Shown: positions 41,211 through 54,489, numbered from the whole stretch's first letter. The stretch is 61,504 nucleotides of DNA, filler included, from Hausera hauseri (GCA_046269625.1; 8 parts of 8 records of this genome joined end to end with filler, not necessarily neighbours in it); one strand, 5' to 3'. Numbers and translations are program-made. Notes: generated from the sequence alone by a model not told the origin.

Positions 41211-41637
41211 GCATTGCCGCCCATAACACTCCCGGAGCAGTAAAGAAATGTTTGGGGCCTAGTTTGGGATTTTCCATGGTAAAATCCAGGAAGCTCTTGA
41301 ATATGTCGGTGAGCAGTAACATATCAGTTTTAAGATATTTATCGCTGTAGTCATTAATCGTTTTAAAACTGGAAGGCTGCCATACATTCTGCGCATGATT
41401 ACAATCATTATTGCCAATGTCTGAATTTGGCAGTGATCTGTAAAATTCCTTTTTTTCTGGTACAAAATTTGCATCTAATCTGTCGCATGGTGTAATGTAA
41501 TGATAGGGGAAAACCCCTTTACGCTTTACTAAATCATAAAGTGCTGAAGGGAAAAATTTTCCTGTTTCTTTTAAATTATCTGGCGAATGGTTATTAGCTA
41601 AACCGTCAAATGACGCACTCAGAAACGTGAAGATGTC
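41208..41637 (-). pseudogene. Second, divergent Polinton pPolB fragment in opposite orientation
   Basis: Minus strand KRKGVFPYHYIT and DMLLLTDIFKSF...KHFFTAPGVLWAAML. Confidence 0.8.
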
Positions 41638-41737
41638 NNNNNNNNNNNNNNNNNNNNNNNNNNNNNNNNNNNNNNNNNNNNTTAATTAATTAANNNNNNN
41701 NNNNNNNNNNNNNNNNNNNNNNNNNNNNNNNNNNNNN

Positions 41738-42290
41738 CACTTTCCTCCATTCCGTTGAAGGATACTTCCTGGAAATTTTCCGTTTTCATAAATTTCCGTA
41801 CTTTTTCCTGTGTCATTTTATTTGTCACTATATCTCCGTGTCCCCTTCTTCTTGATCACTCTATACTGTTTGATACAATACTACTATTATACATAACGAT
41901 ATTTTGGGAGACTGAATCTATTGTAGTGCCCGATTTGTTCCACTTCTATCGAGGCTCAAATTTTTGGGACAACTGACTCCTGTTCCCATTCTGTTTCTTT
42001 TTCCTCTACGCTTGCGACTTCCCCCGTCTTCTTTTCAGATTATCCCCATATTTTCTTTTGACGTTGTATATATCCCATCATGATTCTCCTTTCCTCTACA
42101 ACCTGGTGTAGCACTCCTTTTCGGTATGTTCCCTATGGTGACATCTTGCATAGCTAAGGTTTGTACAATTTCGTCTGATGTTCCCTAGCTGACCACATCC
42201 GTAGAATTTTACTGGATTTCTTTCGGAACACTGCCTGCTTGTGTATCCTTCTTTTCCGCATCCAAAGCATTTAATCGGTCTCAGTGTGGT
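41738..42290 (-). mobile_element. Possible degenerate LTR-retrotransposon gag C-terminus/protease approach
   Basis: Minus-strand K/R/E-rich sequence with a degenerate QIGH knuckle, ending in EVSFNGMEE at the contig edge. Confidence 0.3.
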
Positions 42291-42375
42291 GCAAGTTCTG
42301 TTCGTATGTCTCTCCTTCTGGCATGTCCAACACTTTAATTCACTATATGGTGGTCTAGTTGGCGTCGTCTTAATT

Positions 42376-45300
42376 CTATGAACGAGTTTCCTGATATTTA
42401 GTGTTGAACAAAAGGAAATAATTAAGCAAAACTAGGAGCAGAAGGAGGAGATGGAACAGGTGTAGATTAGATATAGGAACAGCAGGAACTACAGGAGTAA
42501 GAAAAGGGGTCGACGTGTGGATTGGCGAAGTATCATCGACGAAAAAGGGGGGCTTTAAGTTGGTAATATGTACTGTAAGTTCCTTTCCGTCTTTAGAAAT
42601 AATATAGTTATGCAAATGTAGCTGTACCTGTTTATAGCGCCGCACATACCGGGGCTGAAAACCGCACGACGTTTGATTTTTTAGCTATACGAATTTTGCC
42701 AAATACAAGTCTTCGGATAAATATGTTTTGTCTTTGTGAAGTAACCTGCAGAATGCATCCCTGCTAACTGTAATGAAGTGATTCTGCTCTGCCCGTATCG
42801 TTTCATCTGTAGTAGTGTCTTCTAACGCAGTTAGTTCAAATAATGATCGTACAGGAGCTCCGAATAAGGCTTTAGTAGGTGAGCATCCTGTAGAAATAGA
42901 TGAAGTGTTCCGCCAGCCAAGCAGAACAAACGGAAGAAGGTTCGTCAAACTACCGTTGGACTCTGCTTGGATTCTTAGTGACGTTTTCAATGTTCGGTGG
43001 AAACGCTCTAAAAGGCCATTCGATTGGGATGGTAAGGCGTAGTATGTATGTGATGGATCCCCAATCGGTTAACAACGGATATGAACAAGTTGGATTCAAA
43101 CTGTGGACCTTGGTCAGTGATGATGAAGCGAGGTGATCCAAATCTGATATTCCATGTACGAATGAAAACGTCAGCTATAGTGTCGGTATTTGTGCTCCAA
43201 AGAGGGATGGCTTCTGGCCATCTTGAGGAACGGTCTATCATAGTGAGAGTGAATTGATGACCGTTGTCTGGAGGAAGAGGGCCGACAATGTCATTGTGCA
43301 CGGATTCGAAACGCGAAATGCATGGAAAGTGGAACAGTGGTGGCTTTAAATGCTTAGTTGTTTTGTATTTTTGGAAAGCTACGCACTCCTTAACCAATTC
43401 CTGCATATCGGAACGCATTGAGGGCCAAATTACTTGTCTGTGGAGTAAATGAAAAGTGGCTTTAGCACCAGGGTGGTGTAGCGAGTGTGCACTATTAAAT
43501 GCTTGACTTTGCAAAGGTGGTGCAAGAATTATTACGTTATGACCTGGTTTGGAAATGTCTAAAGCCATGCCGTCAACGATTGTGCAAGATCTGAAAGAAT
43601 TCAGCATGTCATGAGGTGGCTGGTTCTGTTGAATTTGAGCTTCCGTAAAAATCGGTGAAAAATTAATCGAACTAATCGACCTAGATAAAAAATTAGCAAC
43701 TACGTTATTAACCACGTTAATATGTTTTATGTCGAAGTTAAATGTCGACAAGTATAATACATGTCGTTTTTGGCGTTTGGAAGGATGTTTCATAGCCATG
43801 ATGTAAAGTAAGGGTTTGTGATCGGTCTGTACGGTAAAATGGCGAGCGACAAGTAGGTGGGAGAAATGCTTTAAAGCGAGAACAATGGCTAATAATTCTC
43901 GATCGAACGTTGAATATCTAATTTCAGTGGGTGTTAGCTTACGAGAGAAAAATTCTAGTGGTTGATTTTCTCCTTTGTGGATTTGGCAAAGCACAGCACC
44001 TACCGCAGTGGTTGAAGCGTTTGTAGTAAGGATAATTTCTGCGTCAGACTTTGGGAAAGCGAGAATGTCGACGGTTTTAATTCCTTCGCGAAGCTTATTA
44101 AACTTATCAACCAATTCAGGTGTCCACTGAATTGGCTGATGTTTCTTGCTGCCGCTTAAGTGTGAAAATGGTGCTGTCAGTTCAGAACAATATAGTACAT
44201 ATTTAGGTACAAAGTGTAGTTGTGAAAATATGGCCATAATATCCATAGATAGAGTGACAGAGCTACTAGCAGCCAAGACCATAAAATATCATAATATCCA
44301 ACGAAAATAAAACTTCAATGCGAAAAAAGATGGTGAGTAACCTGAAAATTCAAAATCACAAAGTTGCAAAACTGTTTATTATTAAAACAATTTTTTTAAT
44401 TTACAAATTAAATTCATTTCTTGTAGCATTGATTTACGAAGTCCCAAAATGCTGGAATCAATATCAGATAAAAAATGGATTTGCAACACTGATCAATTAT
44501 AAGAAAAACGTATTATATGTAAAATATATATCCAACAATAAAATGTGTATACCTGTACAAAATGAAATTGATACTTTCAGTACTAAAAATAATAATAAAA
44601 TATACTGTTTACAACACAAGTCTTTGTAAAACGAATGCAAATGTTTTTTCGACACGTAATAAATACGATAAATGTCCGTCAAAACTTTTTGCCAATCAAA
44701 ACGTAAATGACGAAGTTCGTAATGCACTTAATGTAGTTTAAAATCAGTGCAATTTTATATAATTTATCTGAAATATCGTCGTTGATTTCCACATCTGGAT
44801 GCCATTCTTGGATGCTCATTAACGTCGTGTAGACTGTCGTGAAAGATTCACATAAGCCAAAACACGTTATTATCAGAACGACTGTCAATGAAACATCATT
44901 GCTTGGAGCAGCTGAGCTACGTCGGGAATTATTCCATTTCGTAAATATTCGAAGAACGTGAATTATCGTTCCATTCATGAGAAATAAACACAACAGAGGC
45001 AATAAATAGCATATAATCAAATCAACCGAGTTGATAATTGATAGATAAAACGGATACGAATTTTTAAACTCGGCGATCATCTCGTTTCTGCCCGTGAACT
45101 TGTTGAAATATTTCATTCTTTCATCGATTATCACCAGCGGCAATTTCATTAATCCAGAAACGATAAAAATCACCACGAGTGATAGAATAATTCTCTTTAA
45201 GCCACAGATAATTGGAGTTCGAAAGAGATGTTTAATAGCTATGTATCTTTCCAGCTTTATAAGTATGGCTGTATAGGTCTCAGACGTTTTTATCCAATTT

Positions 45301-47778
45301 ATGGTAAATATAAAATTATCGGCATATAGTAGATACATCTTGACAACAAAAGGTTTTTCTTTACCAAATAACGTTGGAATGGTGTAATAGAAAACGTACG
45401 TTATTAACAGGAGTAAATCTTCAACGGCTAAGCATATTAACAACAATCGTAAAGTTCATTTGCTGATGTTTTCCGAATAATTACAATCAAAATAATATTT
45501 GCCGGAATCCAAATAACTGCAATGAACAAAGTAACTATGTTAATCGTTGAGAAAGTCATTCAACGTCGAATTTTCAAATAAGAAAGAATTAACAATAATC
45601 TTCCAGAATAAACCAAAGAGATTAAGGCAAAATGTTTTTTTTGTTTTTGATAAGCTCGAAGCCGTGGCTATTCGTGGATCATTGTGAATATTTGCAGGCT
45701 AATGACACGATTCTCAAAGCGGGAAATTGGGGCCCGCCATGTCCAACCAAATGGGCCAGAGGGCGCCGGCCGCAGTGAGTACCACAGTCGTGTACCAAGG
45801 AAGTTGCGCATTTCAGTGGTCGTACGTGGTAATTAGATATTCTTACAAGCTTCAATCCGGTCTGGTTGGGGGGAGTAGCCGTCTTGTGAAATAACGTGGC
45901 CCAAAAAGTTGATGCGCTTTTTGAAGAAATAGAATTTGTTGAAATTGACTTGGAGATTATGGTGATTAAGGCGTTGGAATATTGCATAAAGATGTTCCTG
46001 ATGATGTTTGGCTGAAGGCGAAAAAATCAGAATATCATCGATGTAAAGGTGCGCAAACGGGAAATCTGAGAGAATTGAATCAGTGTGTCGCTGAAAAGTT
46101 TGTGCGGCATTTCGCAAACCGAATGGCATAAACAGGTACTCGTAAAGACCAAAAGGAGTAGTGACAGCAGTCTTTTCTATGTCTTCGGGTGCAACTGGTA
46201 TTTGATGATATGCATTAGCCAAATCGGTCGTCGAATAAATTGCGGTTGACTTAAGGCGATGAAAGATATCCTTGATGAGTGGCAGGGAGTACGCATCCAT
46301 GATAGTCAAGTTGTTCAACTGTCAGTAATAACCACATGGTCTAAAAGTTCCGTCCTTTTTTCTACGACATGTAAAGGTGATGACCAAGGAGATTTGGAAC
46401 GGCGTGCAATGCGGGAGCGTTCTAGTTCAAGAAATTCGGCTTCTACGGCCTGTCTACGACGAGGTGGCAGTGGTCGTACCTTTTGCCTTATTGGTCGTTG
46501 ATGCTGTGTAACTATGCGATGTAAAGTACTATTTGCAGGGGTAAACGTACGATCTTTTTTAAGTACGTGTGAACATGATGTGTTAACGAATTGCTGCAAA
46601 GTTGCAGGCAACTGTGATAGATTCGGTGATGATGGTGAAACAGCTTGAGTAGTAGCGGATGCAATTTGTGAATTGTTTGCTGATGTAAAGTCAATTGGTA
46701 TTTGGTGTAAGGTGGTCGAATTGAAAATGGTGTTGTATGAAGTGATTTCGTCGAGTGAATTAACGTTGGTGACAGTATCACAATAAACGACATCAAACTT
46801 CGACTGATTATAAATATTATGATTTAAAAATTTACGAAATGAAATATTGTTACGGAAATTCGAATTAGTTTTTGATTTCCCCAAAATTGATCTCCACGTC
46901 TCGATCGACTGCGCGGTAGTCCAAATGCTATTTATGTGCTTGCTAACGATGCCAGTGGTTTCACTTCGCAGACATTGTTGACTGCAGTCAACTAATAAAT
47001 TATAATGCGATAAAAAATCAGAACCTAGAATTGCCGTCTGGACATTGGCAACTGTGAACGTCCAGTGGAAAGTTGAAGGAAATTTTGGTAAGGTAAAAGA
47101 TAGTTTAACCATGCCGGAAATGTGCAGCGGTACACCTGAATCGGTGTATAAAGACTTGATTCTGAATGGTGAATTTTGGATAGGAAAAGTTTGTGGCAAT
47201 AAAGAAATCGCTGCACCTGTATCAATGAGGAAATCAACGGATTGCGCCGTAGGAGCGGTGATTGCAACCTTTAGAGTAAAGACAGCAAAAGAGGCGTGTC
47301 GGCATTCAGAAGGTGAAACTGTGCCTTTGCCAGAGATTGCGGTGAGTTCTGGCGGCAAACTTAGTTTTTTTGGAAAGGTGAACTAGGACGACTTATAGAA
47401 AAAGAGGTAGTTCGTCAGTCGTTCGTATCAGTAATTTAAGTGCAGCCTGGAATACATTTACCGGCTTGATTTTTAAACTTTGCGTGGTAAATACAAACAA
47501 CAGTGTCCAAAAAGAAGTATTTATTATAAAACCTGCACGCTAAGCAGGATTTTTGGCACTTTTGATGAATCTGCTGGGATAATATCAGATAGACGACCGC
47601 GGGGGTGGTGGTGACCGGTTTCTAGGTACAGAATTGGCGCAATCAGCGACAAAATCACCTCGACGGGAGAGCGAAAGTTTATTCACTTTGTTATTAATAT
47701 TGTTAATTGCTGCGTGTAGTGCTGTATTTTCGGCACGTAGCTAATTTAACTGTTGTTCTATCGATGTGTTGTTGCTTT
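42376..47778 (-). mobile_element. Ty3/gypsy LTR retrotransposon (CsRn1-like) gag-pol, degenerate, interrupted at ~44200-45835
   Basis: Gag CHCC motif VCIYHAKF..QAGKCIPGC (~47440-47500); AAAAAAC slippery site at 47364-47370; protease FLIDTGA; RT PWSSPLH, MPFGLRNAAQTFQ, YIDD; RNase H YSTFDRELLA; integrase HHPG, DIVGPLP, TDQGPQFES. Confidence 0.92.
44583..45559 (-). pseudogene. Intronless rhodopsin-class GPCR (FMRFamide-receptor/Srw-like), probably pseudogenised
   Basis: ATG 45559 gives TM1 IAVIWIPANIILIVII; frameshift ~45450 into TM2 LICLAVEDL; ERYIAI; TM5 YLLPLLCLFLMN; TM7 NFVIY. TGA at 44679 replaces the expected R of GKKF(R)RTF; the frame continues through a Cys-containing helix 8 to TAG at 44583. 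Confidence 0.85.
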
Positions 47779-48039
47779 NNNNNNNNNNNNNNNNNNNNNN
47801 NNNNNNNNNNNNNNNNNNNNNNTTAATTAATTAANNNNNNNNNNNNNNNNNNNNNNNNNNNNNNNNNNNNNNNNNNNNAATAATGCAGCTGCGACGCGAT
47901 GTATAAACTCATCCACTAGGTGGCATGTAGTCTGACAGTCAATGAGCCGTCAGTATTCATCTGAATGTTGAGCTGTGTGTACTGTGCCAGTCGTGTCCAT
48001 TCTTGCTGTACTTGTTTTTACTGTTCGTAGAAGTGGAAA

Positions 48040-48690
48040 GTGACAAAATCATTGATCAACGAATCAACATCAGGTTTTTGGTGAAGCTCGGGATATTACC
48101 GATATGTTAACGGCTNNNNNNNNNNGAAAACATCAATATTTAAGTGGATTAAGCGTTTTAAAGATGGTCGAGAAGATGCCAAGGACGATGCAAGGCAAGG
48201 ACGACCTTCAACCTCGTGTGTTGATGAAAACATCGATCGTGTGCGGTCCCTTGTCCTTGCTGATCGCGGAAAAACCGTGCGAATGATAGCTGATGAACTC
48301 AATATAGGTTAATCATCGTTAAACACAATGCTAACTGAACATTTGGATTTGAAAAAACCCTGCAAAAATTGTGGCCAAGTTGCTGATACGGGATCAAAAG
48401 TTGATGACGGTTGAATGTGTTACCGACTGGAAAAATTCAGTTGAAAAGGATGACAGATTCTTAAACAGGGTTATTACTGGAGGTGAGTCATAGTTTTACG
48501 AGTATGACCTTGAACTAAAATCACAAGGCAAGGAGTGGAAAGGAAAGAATGAGCCCCGAACAAAAAAATCAAGGAAAAGCAGATCGGAAATCAAAGTCAT
48601 GCTCCTGCTTTTCTTTGATGTGTAAGGTGTTGTCAGTAAAGACAACTTTGTTCGGCAAAGTCGGCGGATCGAAATCCTGAATCTCACTTG
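48040..48690 (+). mobile_element. Tc1/mariner (mariner-type) transposase remnant
   Basis: DQRINIRFLVKLG, FKWIKRFKDGREDAKDDARQGRPSTS, VITGGES*FYEYD (cf. TGDEWxYxYD), KVMLLLFFD. Confidence 0.88.
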
Positions 48691-48768
48691 AAGTCTAAAG
48701 AGTTTTAAAAACTATTTATTTTCATCCAATATTTAAACAAATTAAAAATAAATAATAGTTTTGCTTAT

Positions 48769-51700
48769 TTATTTTTGCTGCTCCATTACTTTCCCCTCTT
48801 CTTTATGATCATTGTTCAGTCTTTTCAACCATTCCACTCTTCTATGAATCATTCTACCATCTTCCATGTTTTTCAACTCCCACTGATGCGGCGAAATTTT
48901 TCGAATTATCTGATACGGTCCTTCGAACTGATAAACATCTTTTCTTCTTTTCTGAGGATCTACTTTCATGAACACTATCTGTCCAATTTCAAAATTTCGT
49001 TTCCCTCTATTCTCCCCTCGAAATTTTCCATTCGGTTAGCTGCCTCTGTAATATGTCTTGTAATACTTTGTGTCAGTTTGCCATTATCGGTCTGTCTTGT
49101 TACTCCTCCAGCTGCGTGCAAATTTCTCGTTTAAGAACTATTTCAGACGGTTAGTGTTTCGTTGTGGTTTGTACTGTGGCATTTATCGAATATTCAATTT
49201 TTGGTAGTGAATTTCACCATGCTCTACCGAACGTTCCTTCTACACTGGTTACCAATATATCCCGAACAGTTTGAATGACCTTCACTGCCAGCCGTTAGAT
49301 TGATGTTGAAACACATTGTTGATTATTTGTTTACTTCCACATTCTTTGCAAAACTCTCCAAATTTGCTTTCCGAAAAACACTTTCCGTTGTCGATCAAAA
49401 TTGACTTCGGTTTTCCAAATCTGTAAATCCATTTCACCGATATGCACTAGATAACTGTTTCTTCCTTCTGCGTCCGTATTTCTGTTAAACTTATTGTGGT
49501 GCTTACATTGGCCCATCAAATAATTTGCATGGTAAAAACTGTAATGTCGATGTTGTTTGAATATGCAGATTGGTTTTTCCATATTTGCATGTTTTCAATA
49601 TATTGTATAAAAGTCATATAATTTGATTGTGTTTTCTTTCGCTAAAAACGTTAATTCAAACGGATTTTTCAGGCAAATTTTCTAGGCATAATTTAAATTA
49701 ATTATAAAACTGGAGATTCAAATGATCAATCTATCGACTTCCATATGAATTCATTGTCATTTTTGAATATGAAATATCACATGTATCTGTCACCTATTGC
49801 CAATAATTCCGATAAACAAGATTTGGCTCGTGATTTACCAGTAAATTACATTTACCGGCTTTGAAAATTAATCAAAAATAACCAACATATATGGGCACAT
49901 GCTATCTTTGTCTCCGATATACACAGTATCCAATACAAGTTGGTCCAGAAAATTATCACTCTTAATAGGGATGAACTTTTCTTTGTCTTTTCTGATGTAA
50001 ACATTCTTCACATTTTCCAATGATATCTTCTACGTCTTGATAAACCGGGAACTGTGAAGTGATGTTGAATATATCGTTTTGTCATCTTCATACCCAGATG
50101 ACATAGATCCGCATGTATCTTGCAGATGAAATCTTTCTGCATATTTTTTGGAATTATCGGTAGTCTGTAGTTCAGATCTTTATATACTGAAAATCGTCCG
50201 TCATTTCCAGTTTATCGACCATACTGAGAATCTCTTTCGAGAGTTGTACACTTTCCGCTGTTGGGCCGTCTAACCGACATTTTATTTGTTGCATTTCTCT
50301 ACATTTTTCATGTTCGTCTTTTGTCCATTGCAAGGTTGACATGGCCTATAATGAATTAATGTGCTTTACTCGCGCCTTTTTATGTTTCGGATCAGAATGT
50401 CTTGTCTGGCATAGAACACACATCACCGCAAAACCGCGTCAATCCATCTGCATTTCCATTTTGTTCGCCCTTCCTATATTCTAATGAAACATTAAAATCT
50501 GTCGTGTTTTCCTGTCACATCTGGAATTTCGGTGTTATTCGTTTGGTAGCGGTTTTCGTGTATACTAATGCCCTATGATCTGTTCTAGCAGTGATGTGCT
50601 TACCATACAGATACTGTTTAAAATGTAACATAAAACTCTTGTAATGCCAACAGTTCCTTTCTTGTAAGGCAGTAGCCTTTCTCAAAAGATGAGAGTGTTC
50701 TAGACGTATGCGCTACTACCTTTTCTTCATTTTCTATTTTTTGGCTAAGTACTACTCCTATTTCACCAAACGATGCATCTGTATCCAAAATAAAATCCTT
50801 CGTTGAATCCATAATATTGTCGCGTCATATAGCTTCAATTTCAATAGCTTGAAACTTTCTTCTCACTTCCTTGACCAAAATAACTCTCTACACGTACTAT
50901 TGCAAGCCTGATGTAACGGCGCCGCAATGAGCGCGTAATTCTTGATAAACCTTCTGTAATAGTTGGCCAGGCCTAAAAATGCTCTCAACGACCTCGTACA
51001 CTTTGGAAGTGGGAAATTCTGGATCTCTTTTACTTTTAGTTGATTTGTTGACACTCCCTGATTACTAATGGTACGTCCAAGAAATGTCAACTCCGAAACA
51101 TCAAATCTACATTTTTGAGGATTCACTTTCAGATTTGCATTTTTCAATCTTTTCGTTACCTCTTCTAGTAGTTTGCAATGTTCTGAAATCGTTTTTGAGT
51201 AAATCAGCACATCATATAAGTATATGGCAACACCGGCAAACAGTAAGTCTTCGAACAGGGTATTCACCTATCGCTGAATAGTTCCAGGAACCTTTAAGAG
51301 GTTAGATGGTACACGATTGAAACAATATTGTTGTGATTTCGTGCAAAAGGCTGTTTTTTCATGGAAGTCTTCATCCAACGCGACTTGATATGTTTTACTG
51401 AGGTCTATACTTGAGAAAATTCTTAAAACGACTAACGCATCAAATAAGGTCTGACTTTCCGGAATTGGAAAAAAATTTTCCTTTGCTATTTCATTTAACT
51501 TCCTAAAATCCAAACAAATCCGGATTCCCTCATCTTGCTTTTGAGAGACCACTAAAGGCGAATTCCATTTACTTTTGCATTTCCGAATAATGTCCGATTT
51601 CTTCAGGTATTTCAAAAATTCATCAATTTTACCTTCCAGATGTACTGATTGCCTTCTAGGATTCAAAAAAATTGGTTTAACCTCAGTTTCGATTCTATGT

Positions 51701-51896
51701 TTTACCGGATCCTTAGACGCTAAATCGTAATCATGTTTCATAAACATCTCGTCATACTCTTTTACAATTTCCACTAATTGACCCTCTGCGATTTCCGGCT
51801 TTCCCGTAGTTGTCACCGCTCCTATTTTTTTCATTCGAGATCCACTAATGTCAGTTTTCATTAATTTCATACCAAATGCCTTTAAAATATCGATAC
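48769..51896 (-). mobile_element. Second Ty3/gypsy pol (RT, RNase H, integrase), degenerate
   Basis: WNSPLVV, RICLDFRKLN, FLGLANYYRRFI, LDTDAS, YCLTRKELLA, integrase core remnants, FEGPYQII. Confidence 0.9.
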
Positions 51897-51996
51897 NNNN
51901 NNNNNNNNNNNNNNNNNNNNNNNNNNNNNNNNNNNNNNNNTTAATTAATTAANNNNNNNNNNNNNNNNNNNNNNNNNNNNNNNNNNNNNNNNNNNN

Positions 51997-53248
51997 AAAT
52001 ATGGTTTGCGAGTTTAAGGACTAGGTAAAATCAATAAGTCCGCCTTTCGTTGTATATGCTGACTTCGAATCGGTTCTGTGCCCTAACGATAAAGTCAAGC
52101 ATATTCATCTGCCTGCTGTAGCCGGTCTCTTGTTAGTTTCACCAACGGGTATTGAATATAGACAATTTGTAGGTGAAAATTCCATAGTTGAGCTTCTGGC
52201 CTGTTTAGAGGAAATTGTTAAAACATTAGCTTTCCTCTAATATGAAAATGCGAAAAACCAATGATTCCGTTAACATCAGCTGAATGGTTTCAGTTTAAAA
52301 ACGACACAGAATATTACCTTTGCCACGAACAGAAAACTACATTTGTTCGAGATCACTGCCATATTACAGGTAAATACTTAGTCCCAGCATGTAATACATG
52401 TAACTTGTTTATATAGATTAGATATAATTTACCAATCTTGTTTCACAATTTGCGTGGATATGACCTTCATCATATCTTAAAACATGTAGTAAGTAAATTC
52501 AGAAGTTTGAAATTAAGTTTGATTCCGCAAACAACTGAAAAGTTCCTAACAATGAATGCAATAATCCGCTGTTCGGATAAAAAGTCAGTATCTATTCGGT
52601 TTATCGACTCGTTGCAGTTCCTGCGGCTTCACTGAAGACTTTGGCTTCCAACATAGATAGTTACCCATTTACTGGGTCGGCTTTTCCTTTTGACATTATT
52701 AAGGGAAAAGGTATTTTTCCTTATACTGCAGTAAAATCTTTCAGTGACTTGCAGTCTATTAAGGAGTTGCCACCGAAATGGGATGGAGTTAGTAATACCG
52801 ATTATGAGGAAGCACAACTGGTTTGGTCAAAATACAGTTATAGCTGTCTTTTAAATTACATGCTACTATATATGAAGTTCGTCATCTACTTGTTAGCTGA
52901 TGTTTTCGAGCGGTATAGAAAGGAGGTTAAGATGCAAGATGTATTAGAGGCCGTTAGTTTCCTTTCTATTCAAGATTTATCTTGGGAAACTGCACTGAAA
53001 ACGAGCCTGTGCCGCACTGAACTCATACAGGACCCTGAAATGTAGAATTTCTTTCAATCGAATATTCGCGATGGTATGACTTTTGTAAATAAGCATATAG
53101 TTATCTCCGATGAAAGCACTAGTCTCTTGTATATGGATGTAAATAATTTGTACGGCTCGGCTTTATCGCAACAACTGCCATTTGCGAATTTGACATGTAT
53201 TCATGATGATGATAAACTAACTACCCTAATTAAACAATTGCCCTATAT
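51997..53248 (+). pseudogene. Maverick/Polinton pPolB fragment, degenerate
   Basis: VVYADFES, DHCHITGKY..ACNTCNL, FHNLRGYDLH, FIDSLQF, KGIFPY, LLADVFERYR, YMDVNNLYGSALSQQLP. Confidence 0.9.
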
Positions 53249-53928
53249 CATTGCCTTCCAACCAAAACAAGGCTGTGGACCCCAAATAGAAGAATTTTCC
53301 CCCATGGACCCCTGCAATATACAGCTGTCTGAAGGCTTTTAAATATGGTAAAAAACTAAAAACAATTGTTTCCTAATAATGATAATTTAAATATTACAGT
53401 TTAATCATTTAATTATAATTAAAAAATTACATCAGTAAATTTTAATGGGTGGAAAAAACCAGAAAAGTATGAAATGCTAGCTGCTTTATTGAGATGACAA
53501 CTACGTATTCAATGCGAAACTTGAGCTTCCTTGTGATTACAAATCAAATTCAAGCGAGGTTCAATGGTTGACAAGCTCACACGCATCTCTTCATCAACTA
53601 TCAATAGGCTGCTACGTTTTTTCGATTTTATTTCAGTTAAGGTTGAAAAGCTTTGTTCGCAAAGGTATGAGCTTCCGAACGGTAACAACAAGCTAATTGC
53701 TTCTTTTGCAAGCAGGGGATATTGTCCATGCAACAAGATCCAAAATTCAGAGAGCTCTTTTTCAGAAAACAGATTTTTAAAGACGACGTCGTTTCGTAGG
53801 TCTATCAAATTTTCCTCGACTTCTGGTTCCAGATTGGTATTTTTAAACATTTCAAAAATCTTTCGTGGAACCAATGAGATTCTCTGTGGACCCGTTGCGG
53901 TCCAGTGGACCACGGTTGGAAAGGACTG
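53249..53928 (-). mobile_element. Internally deleted hAT (Buster/Charlie-type) DNA transposon
   Basis: Imperfect TIRs CATTGCCTTCCAACC / GGTTGGAAAGGACTG; transposase C-terminus YPLLAKEAISLLLPFGSSYLCEQSFSTL...AQVSH at 53509-53850. Confidence 0.88.
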
Positions 53929-54489
53929 GTCTAAACCGAGGTTTGAAGCGAATTAAGGTCACCAAATTTTATTACTCAACTGCAGCTACAGTAACAGTCT
54001 CTACGGTTATATTATATCTACATAATAATCGGTACAGAAAAAACAATAGTTACATGGCAATACCTCACAGGATAATTACAAAAAAAACGATTACTACACA
54101 ATTCAAAAAAAAAAACAAAAGATACATGACCCAACCCCATCACTGCGAGTTCGCATACTCGAGTGAGCATTTCTTTGCTCAAAAAAAATTAATTATACAA
54201 ATTGTCACAAATTCCCTCAATTAACTTTGGCCCGAATTTGGCGGTTTCCATAATTTTCATAACATTTTCACATAAAAGTTTATCGTTAAATACCGCCTAC
54301 GTAATTCAACGGATGAACAGAAATCAGATTTAATACAAACGCCAGTCGTACCTAATGTGGTATGGAGCCGTGAAAATGTGATTTCCTTTTATTACAAACA
54401 TAAACATTCGAAACCACGGCTTAAAAATTCAACAAGGAACGGAAATAGAGTTTGTAAATTGTATCATACGATATCATGAATTTAAAGAA

